Shown here piece after piece: positions 50,304 through 64,000 of a DNA stretch of 64,000 bases (positions are counted from its first letter, which is position 1; each line of letters begins with the position of its first letter). Under the pieces are notes generated by a model. It did not search any database. It saw only the letters and a list, made by a program, of their open reading frames with translations, and had not been told where the DNA came from. The stretch covers positions 2,542,001-2,606,000 of the forward strand of contig NW_026262690.1 of the NCBI RefSeq assembly GCF_021869535.1, read 5' to 3'. Made by a program: the position numbers and the translations under genes. This DNA is from Mytilus californianus (taxonomy: Eukaryota).

Positions 50304-51167
50304 TTTTTTTCTATTTTGTAAAAGTTATCCGTTGTATATTACACAAGTCCGTTGTACACAAATATATGTAGAAGTATTTAACTTGAAAACATAAACGATA
50401 GTACATTACATTTGTTTGTGTAAATTTCAAACATAATCGTAAGTACAAAACACTCAAATGTACATCGTTATTATATGTCAAAGCTCAACGCAATAGGTAA
50501 TTGTGAATTAAAGTGTACTTATGACTTACAAAATATGTATGTATTTTGATGGTTGTCAGAATGTCATTGCTATCACAGTAAGTAATCCTTGTGCTATTGT
50601 TTTATTAGGGTTTTTCTTGTGTTTAATTTTTAAATAGAACGTTTTATCTTGGCGGGTCCATTGCAAGTTTGCCCCCTCCCTCCTCAATACTACCGAATAC
50701 TTGTGTTTTTTTAGTATACTTTTCTGATTTTTCACTGTCGGGCCTACTCCTAACACTTTTCAGTTATTCCCTCTACCTGCATCCCCTTCTCCCTCCCTAC
50801 CAATATTTTAAAATTCTGAATCCGTTATTATTCCAATGACTGCTATTTAAAAGGGAGTTTTTGAGGCTTTGTATAAGTTCGAATTTGCATTTCAATTGCG
50901 CCACAAACCATCAAACCATATATCAATTGGACCAAATTCAAATTTTCCATTATTACAGGTAATAGTATAAATAAACTACCGGTAATACAGTTATGCTATT
51001 CAGTTTATATTATTTAAAAATAGTAATCTCTTTAATTCGTCTTTATTACATGTCACCCCTCTGCAGCACAGGGATGTTGATATACGAGGATATCGAGCAG
51101 GATAAGTTCATTAAAGTTTTAATAATAAGGTTGATTAAGGCGTCAGTAGTTTACCGATGTTCAAATC

Positions 51168-51490
51168 TCGTAAAACGATTAGGAAGAGATATATCATGGT
51201 AACAAACGATTAGGAAGAGACATATCAGGGTAACAAACGATTAGGAAGAGACATATCAGGGTAACAAACGATTAGGAAGAGACATATCAGGGTAACAAAC
51301 GATTAGGAAGAGACATATCAGGGTAACAAACGATTAGGAAGAGACATATCATGGTAACAAACGATTAGGAAAAAGAGACATATCATGGTAACAAACGATT
51401 AGGAAGAGACATATCATGGTAACAAACGATTAGGAAGAGACATATCATGGTAACAATCGATTAGGAAGAGACATATCATGGTAACAAACA
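51168..51490. repeat. 31-bp minisatellite (GGTAACAAACGATTAGGAAGAGACATATCAK)n, ~10 copies
   Basis: Period of 31 measured; no spacers. Confidence 0.95.
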
Positions 51491-53284
51491 AAAATTGAGA
51501 TCACAGGAGCAAGACCAGGTGTTTCGACAGGGTAACCGTCTCCTATATGCATACATCACCCGCCATGCAAATTCATCCTGAGTCACAATCAGTAAAATTA
51601 CAGATCAGACGACTACTAGTTTATTGGTATCCTAAGATCTAAGACAGCGAAAACATGTCGTTAGTGAGTTGAGACACCGACACATCGTATCGGTTAAACA
51701 CAAAATATATGTACAGTTTTTGTTTGCATCATAAATATGTTTGTTCCCAAATGTTTTCACAATGATTCTTCTTAGCGTCTACGAGACTTTTCTCTTTTTT
51801 GTCAATACACTGGATAGTCTGTATGTGTTGTCATAAATAATACTCTGTTAGACTAGCATTGAATTATGTCCATCTTATCACCTCAAAATGTGTATATTGT
51901 ACAATCTTATACCGTAGTGACTTTCAGTCATGTATAAGAAAAAAAGTATGACCTTACTTACATTCTCAGGGGTACTCTACAAGATTTCTGATACGAGCCT
52001 CTCATTTGGGATACAACTTTCATTAAAACTTTAAAAATAAATATATACCGTTTAAGCCATTTACATCTTTATGCTTGTGGGGTTATCTAATTTAGGGAAT
52101 TTTGTGTTGGATGACAGATTTTTTTTATAGTTTCTGTTTTTATTAATATTTTAGACTAGACAAACATTTTAGCTTGACATATGTTATGACACTTGTCTAT
52201 GGTTGAAGACCGTGTGTTAACTAACCACTTTATTTCTCTTGTTTCTGCCGTTGGACTGCTGTTTAATTAACGTAAACCTACATCTTATTTTCATAATAGT
52301 TTGTAATTAAACAAGTCACATATGATAAAGGAGCGAAATTATTACGATAGAAAATAAATTAAAAAACAACACGTGCTCCATGATTCTGTATTGATTATTG
52401 GCAATCATACCATATCTCCTTATTTTTATATGGCGGACAGTACCAAAACACAACCACTGAATTACTGGCTCCGGACGACTTGGGACAGTCACATACAGAA
52501 TTTGCTGGATTAAACATGTTGAGGAGCCTCCCCTAACCTGGAACAGTTGTGTGAAGCAGCACAACATACAAACAAATTTTGAAAATACAATTGGAAATGG
52601 AACTACTCATCAGATCTGCACGAATTACCAGAACACTAACGAAAGGACAAAAGATACTAAGTACCGATCTAAGTGTCCTTGCAGTTACTAAAAATAAAAG
52701 ATAACTTTTTTAAGATAATTTTAAGCGTCCGAAGCGCTTCATCACAAACGCTCAATGTCAAACATTTAAAGCCATTGATGTATAAGTACTGAAACACTTG
52801 ATGAGCTATATGACAAAAATGAACCTAAATTGATACAAGGTCCAACTTTGCCTGAGGGAGTTGGAACCTTAGTTTTTTAATAATTTTAAATGTATTAACG
52901 GAGATTTCAAGAAAAGTATATTGTAAATCATGTTCGTACCGAAAGCTAATTCAAAGCCAATTACAACTAATAAATAAATCTTAATCAATCAATCAGATCA
53001 TATCGACCAGATTTAGTGTAAAACAGAGAAAAGCATGACCTAAGGCAATGCCAAAATATAAGCACAGAAAGGAAGGAGGATCATAAGTGTTCAAAGCTAC
53101 ACGACTATTCATATTTAGTAATGTTCTAATTCATTAATGACAAAACCAATGTGAGTACCGATTAAAACAATATTCAATACTCTTACTGCAGTTTTAACTT
53201 GATGACCTTTAAGAATACGTATATTCAATTAAGTTAGAAGTTTACATGGATCGTATCTAAATTTATGGTCTCTATAAACAACAT

Positions 53285-53680
53285 CAATGTAAAAAATAGG
53301 ATGATATATCCCGTTTTTAATAAGGTTTCTACAGGTACAACCAAACGTTTAAGCCAGATCATTGTATCCATATACGAATTTGGTAAATTTTTTAAGAAAT
53401 TTGTGATAACGGAAGTCCTGTATTAATCATTTACTAGTTATACATATGACGATCACTGAAATCTAAAAGACACGGGAATAGCTAACGAGTTGGGGGAATA
53501 TACACATCGTAAGGAGGGGCCATTGGAAAAATTCCCATTTAAAAAGGAAAATTAACAATAGGGAAAACAAAATCGTCTCTTTTGTCGTAAATCTTCGTAT
53601 ACATTTTTCTTTGTGAAACTAATATATCCAAATTTAGAAAAGGACAATTCTCATTATAATTGCTGCTTATATTTGAGCAC
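53285..53680 (-). mobile_element. Penelope-like RT 3' fragment of a different subfamily
   Basis: FLNLDILVSQRKMYTKIYDKRDDFVFPIVNFPFL..PPYDVYIPQL..FRYHK. Confidence 0.75.
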
Positions 53681-56538
53681 GCAATGAGATTTGAATTTTT
53701 CTGCCTATAGGAATGCTGTTATATTTGAACTTGAACTTCAGACCCGAACAATCTCTTCCTGTTTGACAATACTTTGAATAGTAGTACCCACTTTATATGG
53801 AATTTTTCGACAATGTGTAATAAGAGCAAGTAGTGGTATTCTTTGCACGACATCCCGTGCAACTCCGTGTTTGTTTTTGTTGGTTTTTTTTTCCATTTAT
53901 TTATTTACATTTTCTCAATACTCAATGCCAGCTCTTTGATACAGTGGTATTTCGAACTGAATAAAGATAATGGAATGAAAAACTTATGGCAAAAAAAATA
54001 AAATGAAACGACAAACCATGATTTAATGGTGGACAGTAGAAGTTGATTTACATACATGAGATTAATGACATACTTGTTTATTTAAATTTTGAATTTGAAA
54101 TTGTTCATGATTGACGGTTGATTCTTTTTTTCTCTACACATATTATATCATCTCTTCAATCAATAAAAAAATGCTTACGTAAAAAGGTCTATATGAAAAT
54201 GATTTTTTTTTTACATTATAGAACTCTCATACCCAATTCCCCAGTTATTGATTCCTTAATGCTTATTAAGATTTTCTAAAATAGAAATCGTTGTGCAATT
54301 TCTAGATATATAACAGTACTATACAGTTCATGTGTACTTTGTAACACATCAGCAGGATCTTCAGTACACTTTCGACACAGACAAAAAATAGATCGGGGTC
54401 ACTTTTACAATATGTCAATTCTCAGACATCTCTAACCAGGAAATAAAGTGACATAATCATTGGTCAGATTTCATCCAATCATATCAAAATACAAAATCTG
54501 TTGAGAGAAAGACAGACTTCGAAGCAAGACATCAATGTCCTTTGTCACGTTTGAGATTAAGATGTACAATTTTAGAACGTTGATAATGCATGCTATGAAA
54601 CAATGCAAACGAAAGGCGACAATGTAAATCTGAGATATCATTTTACAATCATATGACATGTGACGATTGGTTTAATTTCTTGACACTGCTTTGCATCAGA
54701 TATTATAATGTGTGGGCATTATTATATTAAAAAAAATAGAAAATTCGGTTAGCTTATTTTGACAGTCAGACGACATCTGTTATTATTACATATACTCTCA
54801 AAAAAAGAAAATATCTTTATAATTAGTCTGCGTCCAAAGCACCTTTCTGGATTTACCTGCATCAGGAAAGCTCATATACTCCTAAGTGACTTGAAAGTAA
54901 CGATGGTTAACAAATGGTTAAAGCAAAAATCGTGAAAACTAAAGATTCTGTTCAGTACATGAGTTTCACTAGTGTTTTTTTTTTTAATTATTATTTCAAC
55001 TCAGTAAATAAAAACCAGAGGCCTGTAAGAGCATGTGTCGCTAACCTAGATATCTATAACATTGAAGACTAGAATATGATATAGACTAAAGTCTTTTTTT
55101 ATTGATCTTGTTATACTGATCATATTTTTTCTTTTTTTATTTTCTCTCTATCTACTATTGTTTTGGTCCAACACGTTAAAAGGGCAAAGATCGCAATTTA
55201 ACGGCAATAACTTATATAAGGAGTAAACTGACAATGTGGCCGTGTTAATATACTTGCATAGTTTCTGTTGCAGATCTTGTTATTCTGATCATATCTGTTT
55301 TTTAGTTTTTCTTGATCTACAATAGTTTTGGCCAAAATCCAAAAATGGGGAAAAACATCATTAAAAGTTTGACCGATGATTTCTGCCGTGTTGACAGATT
55401 TGTAGACGTTTTACATGTACTTCTGATCTTTTCTGCTGTTTACAAATTTTCTTTTCCTACTTTAACGCTGGCCAAAAATGCGAACAAATGGTAAAAATCG
55501 TCGTTCAGGGACAACATCTTATGCAACGCAATGTACGATTTTGACAATATGACAAATTGGTAAATCTTGTCCTGTTGAAAATATTTCTATCAAAAGTTTC
55601 TCTTTGTCTGTTTTGGTTTGTCAAGATCATAAGCAAACACACACAACATGTTAATAATCGTCATTTTGGGGCCATCGCTATCTCTTTTAAGGAGCTGACT
55701 GACGATTTCGATTAAAATACTTTTTGTTATCTTGTCTTGCTGATAACTTTTGCTATATTGAGTCACTCTCTATCTATTATAGTTTTCAAGACAATAGCCA
55801 AAAATGAAAAATCTTAAATAATTCGTTATTTAAGGACAATAACTCCAATTAGGAGTCGTCTGACAGTTTTGGTGTAAAAAAGAAAGTAGGTAGATCTTGA
55901 CGTTCTGAACACTTTTGTCCCTGTCAGATTTTCCTTTATGTCTATAGCCGTTTTTAAGTTTGTGGATATTACTTGCATGTTACCCCTATGATCTATTGTT
56001 AGTCCTGTTAAGGAGCAGGTTGGAAAATCGGTAACATTTTTTAACTGGATACCTCAATGATGATCGTGGGTAACTTTGGTTCCCCAATGGTCAAGCAGTT
56101 TCAGAAGAGATCGTTTTGTAAAAGTTAACGGAAGACGACGGACTAAGGACGCCAAGTGATGAGAATAGCTCATACGACAGATTGGGTCAGGAAAGGACAA
56201 CATGGGTAACCGGTTCAAACTTTGAATTTGAAAAACAAGATGTGAGGTATACGTGAGTTAGGTGGCAACCACACGAAACAAATAATCAAAAGTCGTTTAG
56301 TAATTGTCTAAACAATGGGTCAAGCTAAAAATCAGACCCCGAGTTTACATTAAAGTTATGAAAACACTTAACAAAGATAGTCAAAGATCTGCCATTAATA
56401 TCAAATTCTCCAAATCACAAATCGGTAGTTTTATTTTGTTAAACCTTTTTTATCCTAAAACCATCGCTTAAGTGGGACTTCTGTTTGGCTATGTGGGATT
56501 TATAAATACGCATCCACGTTCGGTCGTTACGGGGACCT

Positions 56539-56670
56539 TAATCCAACACCTCTATTTGGAGTACGCTGGACTAAATCCAACACCTCTATTTGGAGTACGC
56601 TGGACTAAATCCAACACTTCTATTTGGAGTACGCTGGACTAAATCCAACACCTCTATTTGGAGTACGCTG
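56539..56670. repeat. 34-bp tandem repeat, ~4 copies
   Basis: AATCCAACACCTCTATTTGGAGTACGCTGGACTA; period of 34 measured. Confidence 0.9.
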
Positions 56671-59439
56671 CCCTCAATCCAATTACATACCTTCATCTTC
56701 GAGTGACAGTCCTGCATCAACGTACTTTCATCCATGTCGACCTATATCACAGACCCTACCAATTGTATTGTGAACAACAAATCTAATTTGATTGTTGTTT
56801 GATTAAACGTCCAGTTGCAAATATTTAAAGAATATTTGTTGACGATACAAAGTTAATGATTAATACACAAGGCAGGTTCTACTAGATTGGTCGACCGAGA
56901 TGATGGGCCGGAAATTTGGACTGTCATTTGAAAATGGGGTTATGTTATACAACAGGTCACATATGGACCCCTCAAAAAGTTTTTCCAAGCCGGCTTCTTT
57001 AACGTGTATAGAACGTACGCATTTGCCCTACACGAGGCATCGGATTAATGTCACCATTCCAACCTGACGTACCTGCGTATTTATATGTTCTGCACAGCCA
57101 AACGGAAGCCACAATTTAGCAAAGGTTTCACTGCCGGACGGAAGAAGTCCTGGAATCATTTTCATATACTCAGTACTCCCAGTCAACCCTTGGGGTTATA
57201 CAGACATAAATATTTTTAGTGTAGAGAATAGGTTCTCTGTAAGGATGTTGAATGGAACAGAGGTCAAATATTTAAAAAAAAAAGGCACACACAAAAAAGA
57301 TAATATAACTTTTCAGCAAGGCAACCTTATTGGATTTTAATATAACCGATGAGTAAATAACTTTTTATTTATTTCATTATTAATTTTCTACCATTATTTG
57401 GTATGATTGCCAATAAGACAACTCGCCACCAGAGACCAAATGACGTAGAATGTTAGCAGTTAAGCATGTCACGTCTGTGTTATTAAGTAGTGGTGGAATC
57501 AGGAGACAAACATTCGACTGAATACCCGTCGATCATGATGCAAAACTAAGAAAAACCTATCCACTGAAAGAAATATTCATTCGAACACTATCTTTCCAAA
57601 TTATAGAGTGAGAAACCGCGGCAAGAGTAAGAGAGAACTTTTTTCCACCAAATCCACATCTTAGAACCTGGTGTTTTATTAAATGAAATAGATGCAGAAC
57701 AGTAAAGGAAAGATAAAGTTTATCTGTGACATCATCCTCAATATTTTGTAATATTGGCCAAATGACCTTGCAAACTTACTTTACTACAATAACAGTTTTA
57801 TCATAAATCAAACGTAAAAATCTTAAAATACATAAAATTTTACGCAGCATAATCAGATTTACTTGTACGAACCGTAAAAAACTGCAAAAGTTCCATATTA
57901 GCATCCGATTTCACCTGGATATATAGATATAAGAAGATGTGGTATGAGTGCCAATGAGACAACTCTCCATCCAAGTCAAAATTTATAAAAGTAAACCATT
58001 ATAGGTCACAGTACGGTCTTCAACACGGAGCCTTGGCTCACACCGAACAGTAAGCTATAAAGGGCCCCAAAAAAATTACTAGTGTAAAACCATTCAAACG
58101 GGAAAACCAACGGTCTAATCTATATAAAAAACGAGAAACGAGAAACACTTATGAACCACATCAACAAACGACAACTACTGAACATCAGATTCCTGACTTA
58201 GGACAGGTGCAAACAAATGCAGCGGGTTTAAACGTTTTAATGGTACCAAACCTTCACCCTTTTTCCGAAACAATAGTGTAACATCACAACATAGAAAGAC
58301 ACACTATAAAATATCAACTGAAATAGCTTAACTCAATCAAAGGACATATTAACACCATTGAACATACACTGAACAAATAAATTTGACCTATGACACAATG
58401 TAAATACAAAATAAATAAACTAAGGGAAGAATACTAAAAGTAACATGTTATATCGGTAAGAAATGTTAAACAATTAAAGAAAAACAATAAGCTCGAACAA
58501 AAATATCAGCCATTTGCAAAAACTTTAAACACAGGTAAATGAAAATAATTTTGTTGGTAGGTATACGTGTACATGCATACCTAATGAAGCTAGTTTTTAA
58601 AGTGGAATATTGCATTTATTATTCATCACATTATATTTATTTCATTCATTTACTTACCAAAAAGTCTTATTTTTATTCGTGTAATTTTCTCGACTTTTTT
58701 AATTCGCAACTCGACTTTCGACACTCGACAACAAGAAACTCTCATTTTTGTCAATCTTTTTTGGATGTTATTTGTTGCTATGTAAAGAAACTTATTCAAT
58801 TTATTAAATATTTATTTGAAGATGTCATTGAATATAAATAGATATCCTCCTAAATTATTGAAACTTAACCTCTTGATATAAGTTAGATACAAGCAAGCGG
58901 GTTAAAAACTTCTGGTCACAATGGAGACGTTTGATCCGATGTCTCATGTAGAGAAAGTGCCACTATCTTTGCACTCTCTCTGCACGTCAAAAACACTTTG
59001 CAACAACATATTCAGGGGTCTGTAGGTGACCTGTTCCAAGGCAAACTTTCTAAACATTATCTAACATACATTGTTTCCTGTGACGGTCATAATTATGCAT
59101 GAAATAATTGCCACTTGAAATTAAGCTGCAACAGTCTTATAATCAATTATTTTAGGTTTTAAATTTTAACCTCTTTAGACAGACTTCAAAACGTATGACC
59201 GACTGTATGTTAAATTTATTCAACCAATTTTGATCATCTACACACGGTTTAAGACAATACTATAAGAATTTAATCTAATCAAGAACCCATAAAGGGCATC
59301 ATTTACAACAATATTAAGCACAATATGATTGGAAAAAAGAAAAACTATATCCTAATATAATACTATCATATATTGGACAGGATCAGAGCCTAACACATCA
59401 TGTGTCTTACATAACATTAACAATAATTGCATAATAATT

Positions 59440-59900
59440 TTATATATTTTGTATCCACCTGGATCTTATTTCTAAACACTTAATTATATAATTGCCTAGG
59501 CACATAAGAGTTGGTAAATGCTCATTTGTGAACAGCCAGAAATATTTTTTATCCTTGGGTAATTCTTTAAAATTATTACAAAAACTGTTTACTTTATCCC
59601 ATAATAATTTTCTCTGTTCGTTATATAAAGGACAACTTACTGTGAAATGGGTCTCATCTTCAATATATGAAAACAAAGGATAAAGGACCTGCTATTAAAA
59701 AATACTGTACAAGAGATCCATTTAAGCAAAACTATTTCTTCCAAATTAAATAAACAATACCGGTATTACAATGTATACCAGTAAAGGATCGCAAAAGAGA
59801 CCATGGGAGTCATTTATATAAATAGTATTTTCTTATCCAGAGATCAAAGTCGCAAATGAATCAAATCTGGCCTTTCAATCGAAAGCCTCTTAGACAAAGC
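59440..59900 (-). mobile_element. Decayed non-LTR retrotransposon ORF2 C-terminus
   Basis: IEDETHFTVSCPLYNEQRK..GNYIIKCLEIR resembles the EDExHF..CPxY..R C-terminal zinc-knuckle region of LINE ORF2. Confidence 0.65.
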
Positions 59901-60164
59901 CATTAAGAGTATACTAGTGTAAACCTTTGAGTACTTAATATAATGGAGAGAATGGCCATGAGTAATAGTATGGAGAGATATTATTATAATTATTATTGAT
60001 TGAATCGTATAAACCGAAAACGATTTCCGTGTCGATTGCAACTCAATTATAAACCATACATGACCAAAATTTCTTGTCTGGTTGGACTAATGATGGACAC
60101 TATTAATGGACGTGATCTTACGTCAAATATATATATGAATAAACTGAATATGCAAATATTTTTA

Positions 60165-61538
60165 TTAACGTCTTGCTGGACAGGTTGGAACGCGTGTCTG
60201 TATATAAGATTCAACAGGTTGTTCAATAGTTTCACAAGTCCCAATAAATGTCTTTCCTTGATGTAGACGCCTCGTTATCCATGTCAAATCACAGGTACAT
60301 TCTATAAGACAATTGGCCAAGTTTAAAGTCTTGAGTGCGGGGGTATTTATGATTGCTCTCGGAATCTGAGTCATGGCAGTGGATGAGAAATCAATAACCT
60401 CTAATGCCGGTAACGACTGAAATGCTTCAGTAGAAATGTATGCCAGAGGGTTGTGAGATACGTTCAATTTAGTTATTGTAGGCTGGTTACTCATATCATA
60501 CCGTTCAATGCTTTGTATATTATTGTTCGATACATCAAGCTCTGCCATGCTGGGTAATTTAAGTAAAGCTTGTGGAATTCTATCAAGTTGGCATCCACTT
60601 AAACCCATTTTTGTGATGGAAGCATTAATGAGTAGTGACAAGGCATCATCGGCCACGTACCATAAGTTGTTTCTACCCATATTCAATTCTTTAAGATTGA
60701 CAAGATTTCTCAAAACTGCAGGGAATCTTGATAATCCGTCATTTTGTAGACTTAACACTTTTAGTGGACTAGTTGTATGAGTTAAGGTGGCAAAAGCTTG
60801 GGCAAATATTCCACTGTCATGTACATGAATATTGTCATCAAAATATAGTTCCTGGAGCTGTGTAAGTTGTGATATTGCCAGTGGTATTTGTCTAAGTTGT
60901 GTGTGAGATATGTGCAACTTTCTTAACGTGTGTTCAAACCCATGAAATCCATCATAGGGTATATTTGCTAGATACCCTCCCTCATAGTTCAAGGTATCTA
61001 ATTTCGGAAAATGGGTTAAGGCAACTCTCGGCCAAGTAGCAATATTTCTTCCTCCAAAGTGAAATTCCGTTATTGTGTCCCCAATTAGACGAAACACGTT
61101 ATCAGTAGAACCTCTATCCAATGTTGTTCCATCTGGAAAAGCGTTCTCCTTGATATCTAAATACGACAACTTATTCAATTTGCCAATATCCTGGGCCTGT
61201 GACAAATCCCTCAAATTATTAGATCTAAGTGTTAATTTTACAAGTGTATCATAAACAGCATCAAAAGCTCCATCCTGAATGGATGTTATATGATTGTGAC
61301 CTAAATTTATCTCTAAATCTTTGTGTGTTAGTCCTTTAAATGCATGAATAGGAACGGTTCGTATGTTATTATTATTGAGGTTTACAATTGTTATTGAATC
61401 AGGATTTGGGATCGTTGTAAAATTTGGTATTGAAGTACGTCCAGAGTTTGCGCAATCGTACACATGTCCAATCGTTTTACACGCTCCATCCACCGTCACC
61501 GTGGTACTAACCAACACTAATGCCAATAATAGCAACAT
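60165..61538 (-). CDS. Secreted LRR-only protein LRR3 (457 aa)
   Basis: ttttgtttcag|ATG at 61538 followed by signal peptide MLLLLALVLVSTTVTVDG, N-cap, LRR array and LRRCT IECTCDLTW..TCET..CP. No TM segment. Confidence 0.92.
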   Translation of the reverse strand: MLLLLALVLVSTTVTVDGACKTIGHVYDCANSGRTSIPNFTTIPNPDSITIVNLNNNNIRTVPIHAFKGLTHKDLEINLGHNHITSIQDGAFDAVYDTLVKLTLRSNNLRDLSQAQDIGKLNKLSYLDIKENAFPDGTTLDRGSTDNVFRLIGDTITEFHFGGRNIATWPRVALTHFPKLDTLNYEGGYLANIPYDGFHGFEHTLRKLHISHTQLRQIPLAISQLTQLQELYFDDNIHVHDSGIFAQAFATLTHTTSPLKVLSLQNDGLSRFPAVLRNLVNLKELNMGRNNLWYVADDALSLLINASITKMGLSGCQLDRIPQALLKLPSMAELDVSNNNIQSIERYDMSNQPTITKLNVSHNPLAYISTEAFQSLPALEVIDFSSTAMTQIPRAIINTPALKTLNLANCLIECTCDLTWITRRLHQGKTFIGTCETIEQPVESYIQTRVPTCPARR

Positions 61539-62194
61539 CTGAAACAAAATATTATTGAATTAAGAGACGTACCGATCAATATAACAGAAGAATAACCGTG
61601 ATAATGTGCAATGTTCTGCATTATATTTGAAAATGCTGAAAAAGTTCTCGTTCTCATTTACACTGTGTGCATCTCGTTATTGTAGAATGAACAAAGGGGT
61701 TTCTTTGTATTATATGGTTTAAGGTCAAACATTTTGTTTCTTTGTATTATATGGTTTAAGGTCAAACATTTTCCAATAAAACTGATTTTAACTTCTTCAG
61801 ATCTTATTATTTATTTGAATGTTTTATTCTATCGGAAGATTTTTTGAAATTTTGTAATTAAATTAAATCGTACGGAAAGTTTTTATATATATATCGTTAT
61901 TAAACAGATAAGACATATATTAGAATTATTTCGTTGGACATTTTTGGTGGTTCACATTGCTGGAAGCCTTACGGTGACCTTGAGTTGTCAACACTTGGTA
62001 ATTGATGGATAGTCGTCTTCTCAGTGGCACTCATACCATATCTTCTTTTTATATCTAACTCAATTGTTTAACATCTTAAGAAGAAGAAAAAATATTGCAT
62101 GTACAAAATAAATAAATCGAATTACAAAAAAGATTTGTGTTAATGTTTCCACGCAATAGCTTCAGTATGTTTACGATAAAAATGTTTGTCTTAC

Positions 62195-62275
62195 CTGTTA
62201 AATCGTTGTCACAGTTCTAAAAGTAAGGGTACAGTTTGTCATGTGCATATTCTCTTATCTTGAAGATAACATATT
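62195..62275 (-). promoter_or_regulatory. Candidate non-coding first exon of LRR3 with double-GATA palindrome (62255-62269) and a 16-codon uORF
   Basis: CAG|gtaaga donor at 62195/62194. TTATCTTCAAGATAA present. uORF MHMTNCTLTFRTVTTI* ends 3 nt before the spliced main ATG. Confidence 0.5.
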
Positions 62276-64000
62276 CCACCTATATCTAAACAATGTATTG
62301 GAATATACTTTTTTTAAATAAATCTATTAAATGTGATTATACAGAACTCAATATTTAGTTTTATTATAAACATCTACAGTGGTAAACGTTTTGACCAGGT
62401 TATAGATATAAGAAGATGTGGTATGAGTGCCAATGAGACAACTCTCCATCCAAGTCAAAATTTATAAAAATAAACCATTAATAGGTCAAAGTACGGTCTT
62501 CAACACGGAGCCTTGGCTCACACCGAACAGCAAGCTATAAAGGGCCCCAAAAATTACTAGTGTAAAACCATTCAAACGGGAAAACCAACGGTCTAATCTA
62601 TATAAAAAACGAGAAACGAGAAACACTTATGAACCACATCAATAAACGACAACTACTGAACATCAGATTCCTGACTTAGGACAGGTGTACTAGTAATCTA
62701 TATCCCTGTTGTAGTATTTTTGTATATACAAATGTAACGCTAAATTCTTAATTGACATTCACTGTAAACTTGCTGATATTAAATCAATTTCATAAAAGAT
62801 AGTAATTCTATTTCTCATAATAATTCAGAAATTCACATGACAAAAACTATACATTTTTTAAGCAGTGATTAGTGCAATGACGGCATGGTCAAGTGAACCC
62901 TGTTTGACGGACACGAAGACCTTGCAAGAATCTCATATACCAAATATAGTTATTCTATTTCTCATAATGATTTAGAAATTTATATGACAAAAAAACTAGA
63001 CATTTTTTTATCAGTCGCTAAACCATAGAAACGAGGTTAGGGACAATGGACATATGACAGACTAAAATTTCGTAACATTATGCATTCTTTTTTCTATCAT
63101 TTTAATACGACCCCAGGGTAGACTTGGTATGTCGGAATGGGAACGTTAAAACCGATGACCCGTGTATTGTGAGTGCTCCGTATGTGACTTGTTGAAAAGC
63201 AAAATTTTGTCTTCCCTCATGCAACGTAACCTCATTTTCCAATATGTGTCGGACTTGTTAATTTGGTATTGCCCTAAATATACATTACATATTGACTACT
63301 GTACGTTAAGCAAACAACAATCAATCAATCAATCATCTTTGTTTCTGCACTTATCAATATGATCTTCTAGTAAAGTAGTTATAAGAAACTAAGGTTTCAA
63401 CTCCCTCAGGCAAAGTTGACCTTAGATGGATTTGGCTAATTTTTTTTTATCTTTTTGTTCATATAGCCCTTCAACTGTTCTTATTCATCCTTGAATTTCA
63501 AATATTCGGCTTTGAGCGTTCCTGATGAAGGTAAATCCAGAAAAGCATTTCATACACATAAAATTTAGAAAGTGTTGTTTTCATTTTGTATAGTTTCCCA
63601 GAGTAACCGCTTTGAAAAAAATATAACAAACAATACATCTCTAGAACTAAGAGGAATTGCTAGGCTAGAGGCTAACAATAAGTTTCTAACCGATAAAAAA
63701 CTTTCGTATCACAAACCGTTCTTCGAATAAAAGAACAAATAATTCAGAAGTTTCAGCACAAAAGAAGCAAAATTCGGTTCGTTTTGTCTCTTATAGAAAA
63801 GACATTTGGTAATATTTTATCTATAACTTATGCATAAAAATGTGTTATTCTGAGAAAACGTATTTGATTACACTGCAAAGATAAGACTAAATTATTCCAA
63901 TATAAAATCTGCTTCCCAATGGGAAAAGAACTGTAACTCCCTTTCTCTTCCGTCACATTCAAAATTTGTTTAAGGAATTTATTTTTAATGTGATCCATGT

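Noticed and set aside
54470-54660. Plus-strand YETM-containing peptide resembling a receptor tail
   Set aside because: Single motif, opposite orientation, and none of the YExP/HLY landmarks.
16385-56670. CRISPR-like appearance of the 38-, 31- and 34-bp arrays
   Set aside because: Head-to-tail units with no unique spacers, no cas genes, and a eukaryotic context.
1830-61538. Calling the LRR genes TLR, LGR, Slit or VLR
   Set aside because: No TM, TIR, 7TM or EGF domain and no GPI tail; no arrays of LRR cassette fragments seen.

Overview
AT-rich, intron-containing animal genomic DNA. The repeat families look like those of a bivalve mollusc, probably Mytilus (inferred, not searched). Five apparently intact genes can be built by hand. 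Three are paralogous secreted leucine-rich-repeat-only proteins: LRR1 (-) 1830-3251, LRR2 (+) 11387-16135 and LRR3 (-) 60165-61538. Two are tandem, multi-exon type-I membrane receptors that the ORF track misses almost entirely: receptor A (-) 23769-34922 and receptor B (-) 40932-50303. Each receptor has a signal peptide, one WSC domain, a single TM helix and a ~190-200 aa kinase-less tail carrying 11-14 tyrosines whose spacing is conserved between paralogs. Between A and B lie two decayed copies of the same tail exon, and a decayed intronless two-ORF unit (multi-TM ORF plus SGNH/GDSL-hydrolase-like ORF) that looks like an unclassified mobile or viral remnant. The rest is satellites, Penelope-like RT fragments, a TGT..ACA TIR element, HINE-like and MITE-like repeats. 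All gene models come from manual splice-site and frame reading and need transcript confirmation.
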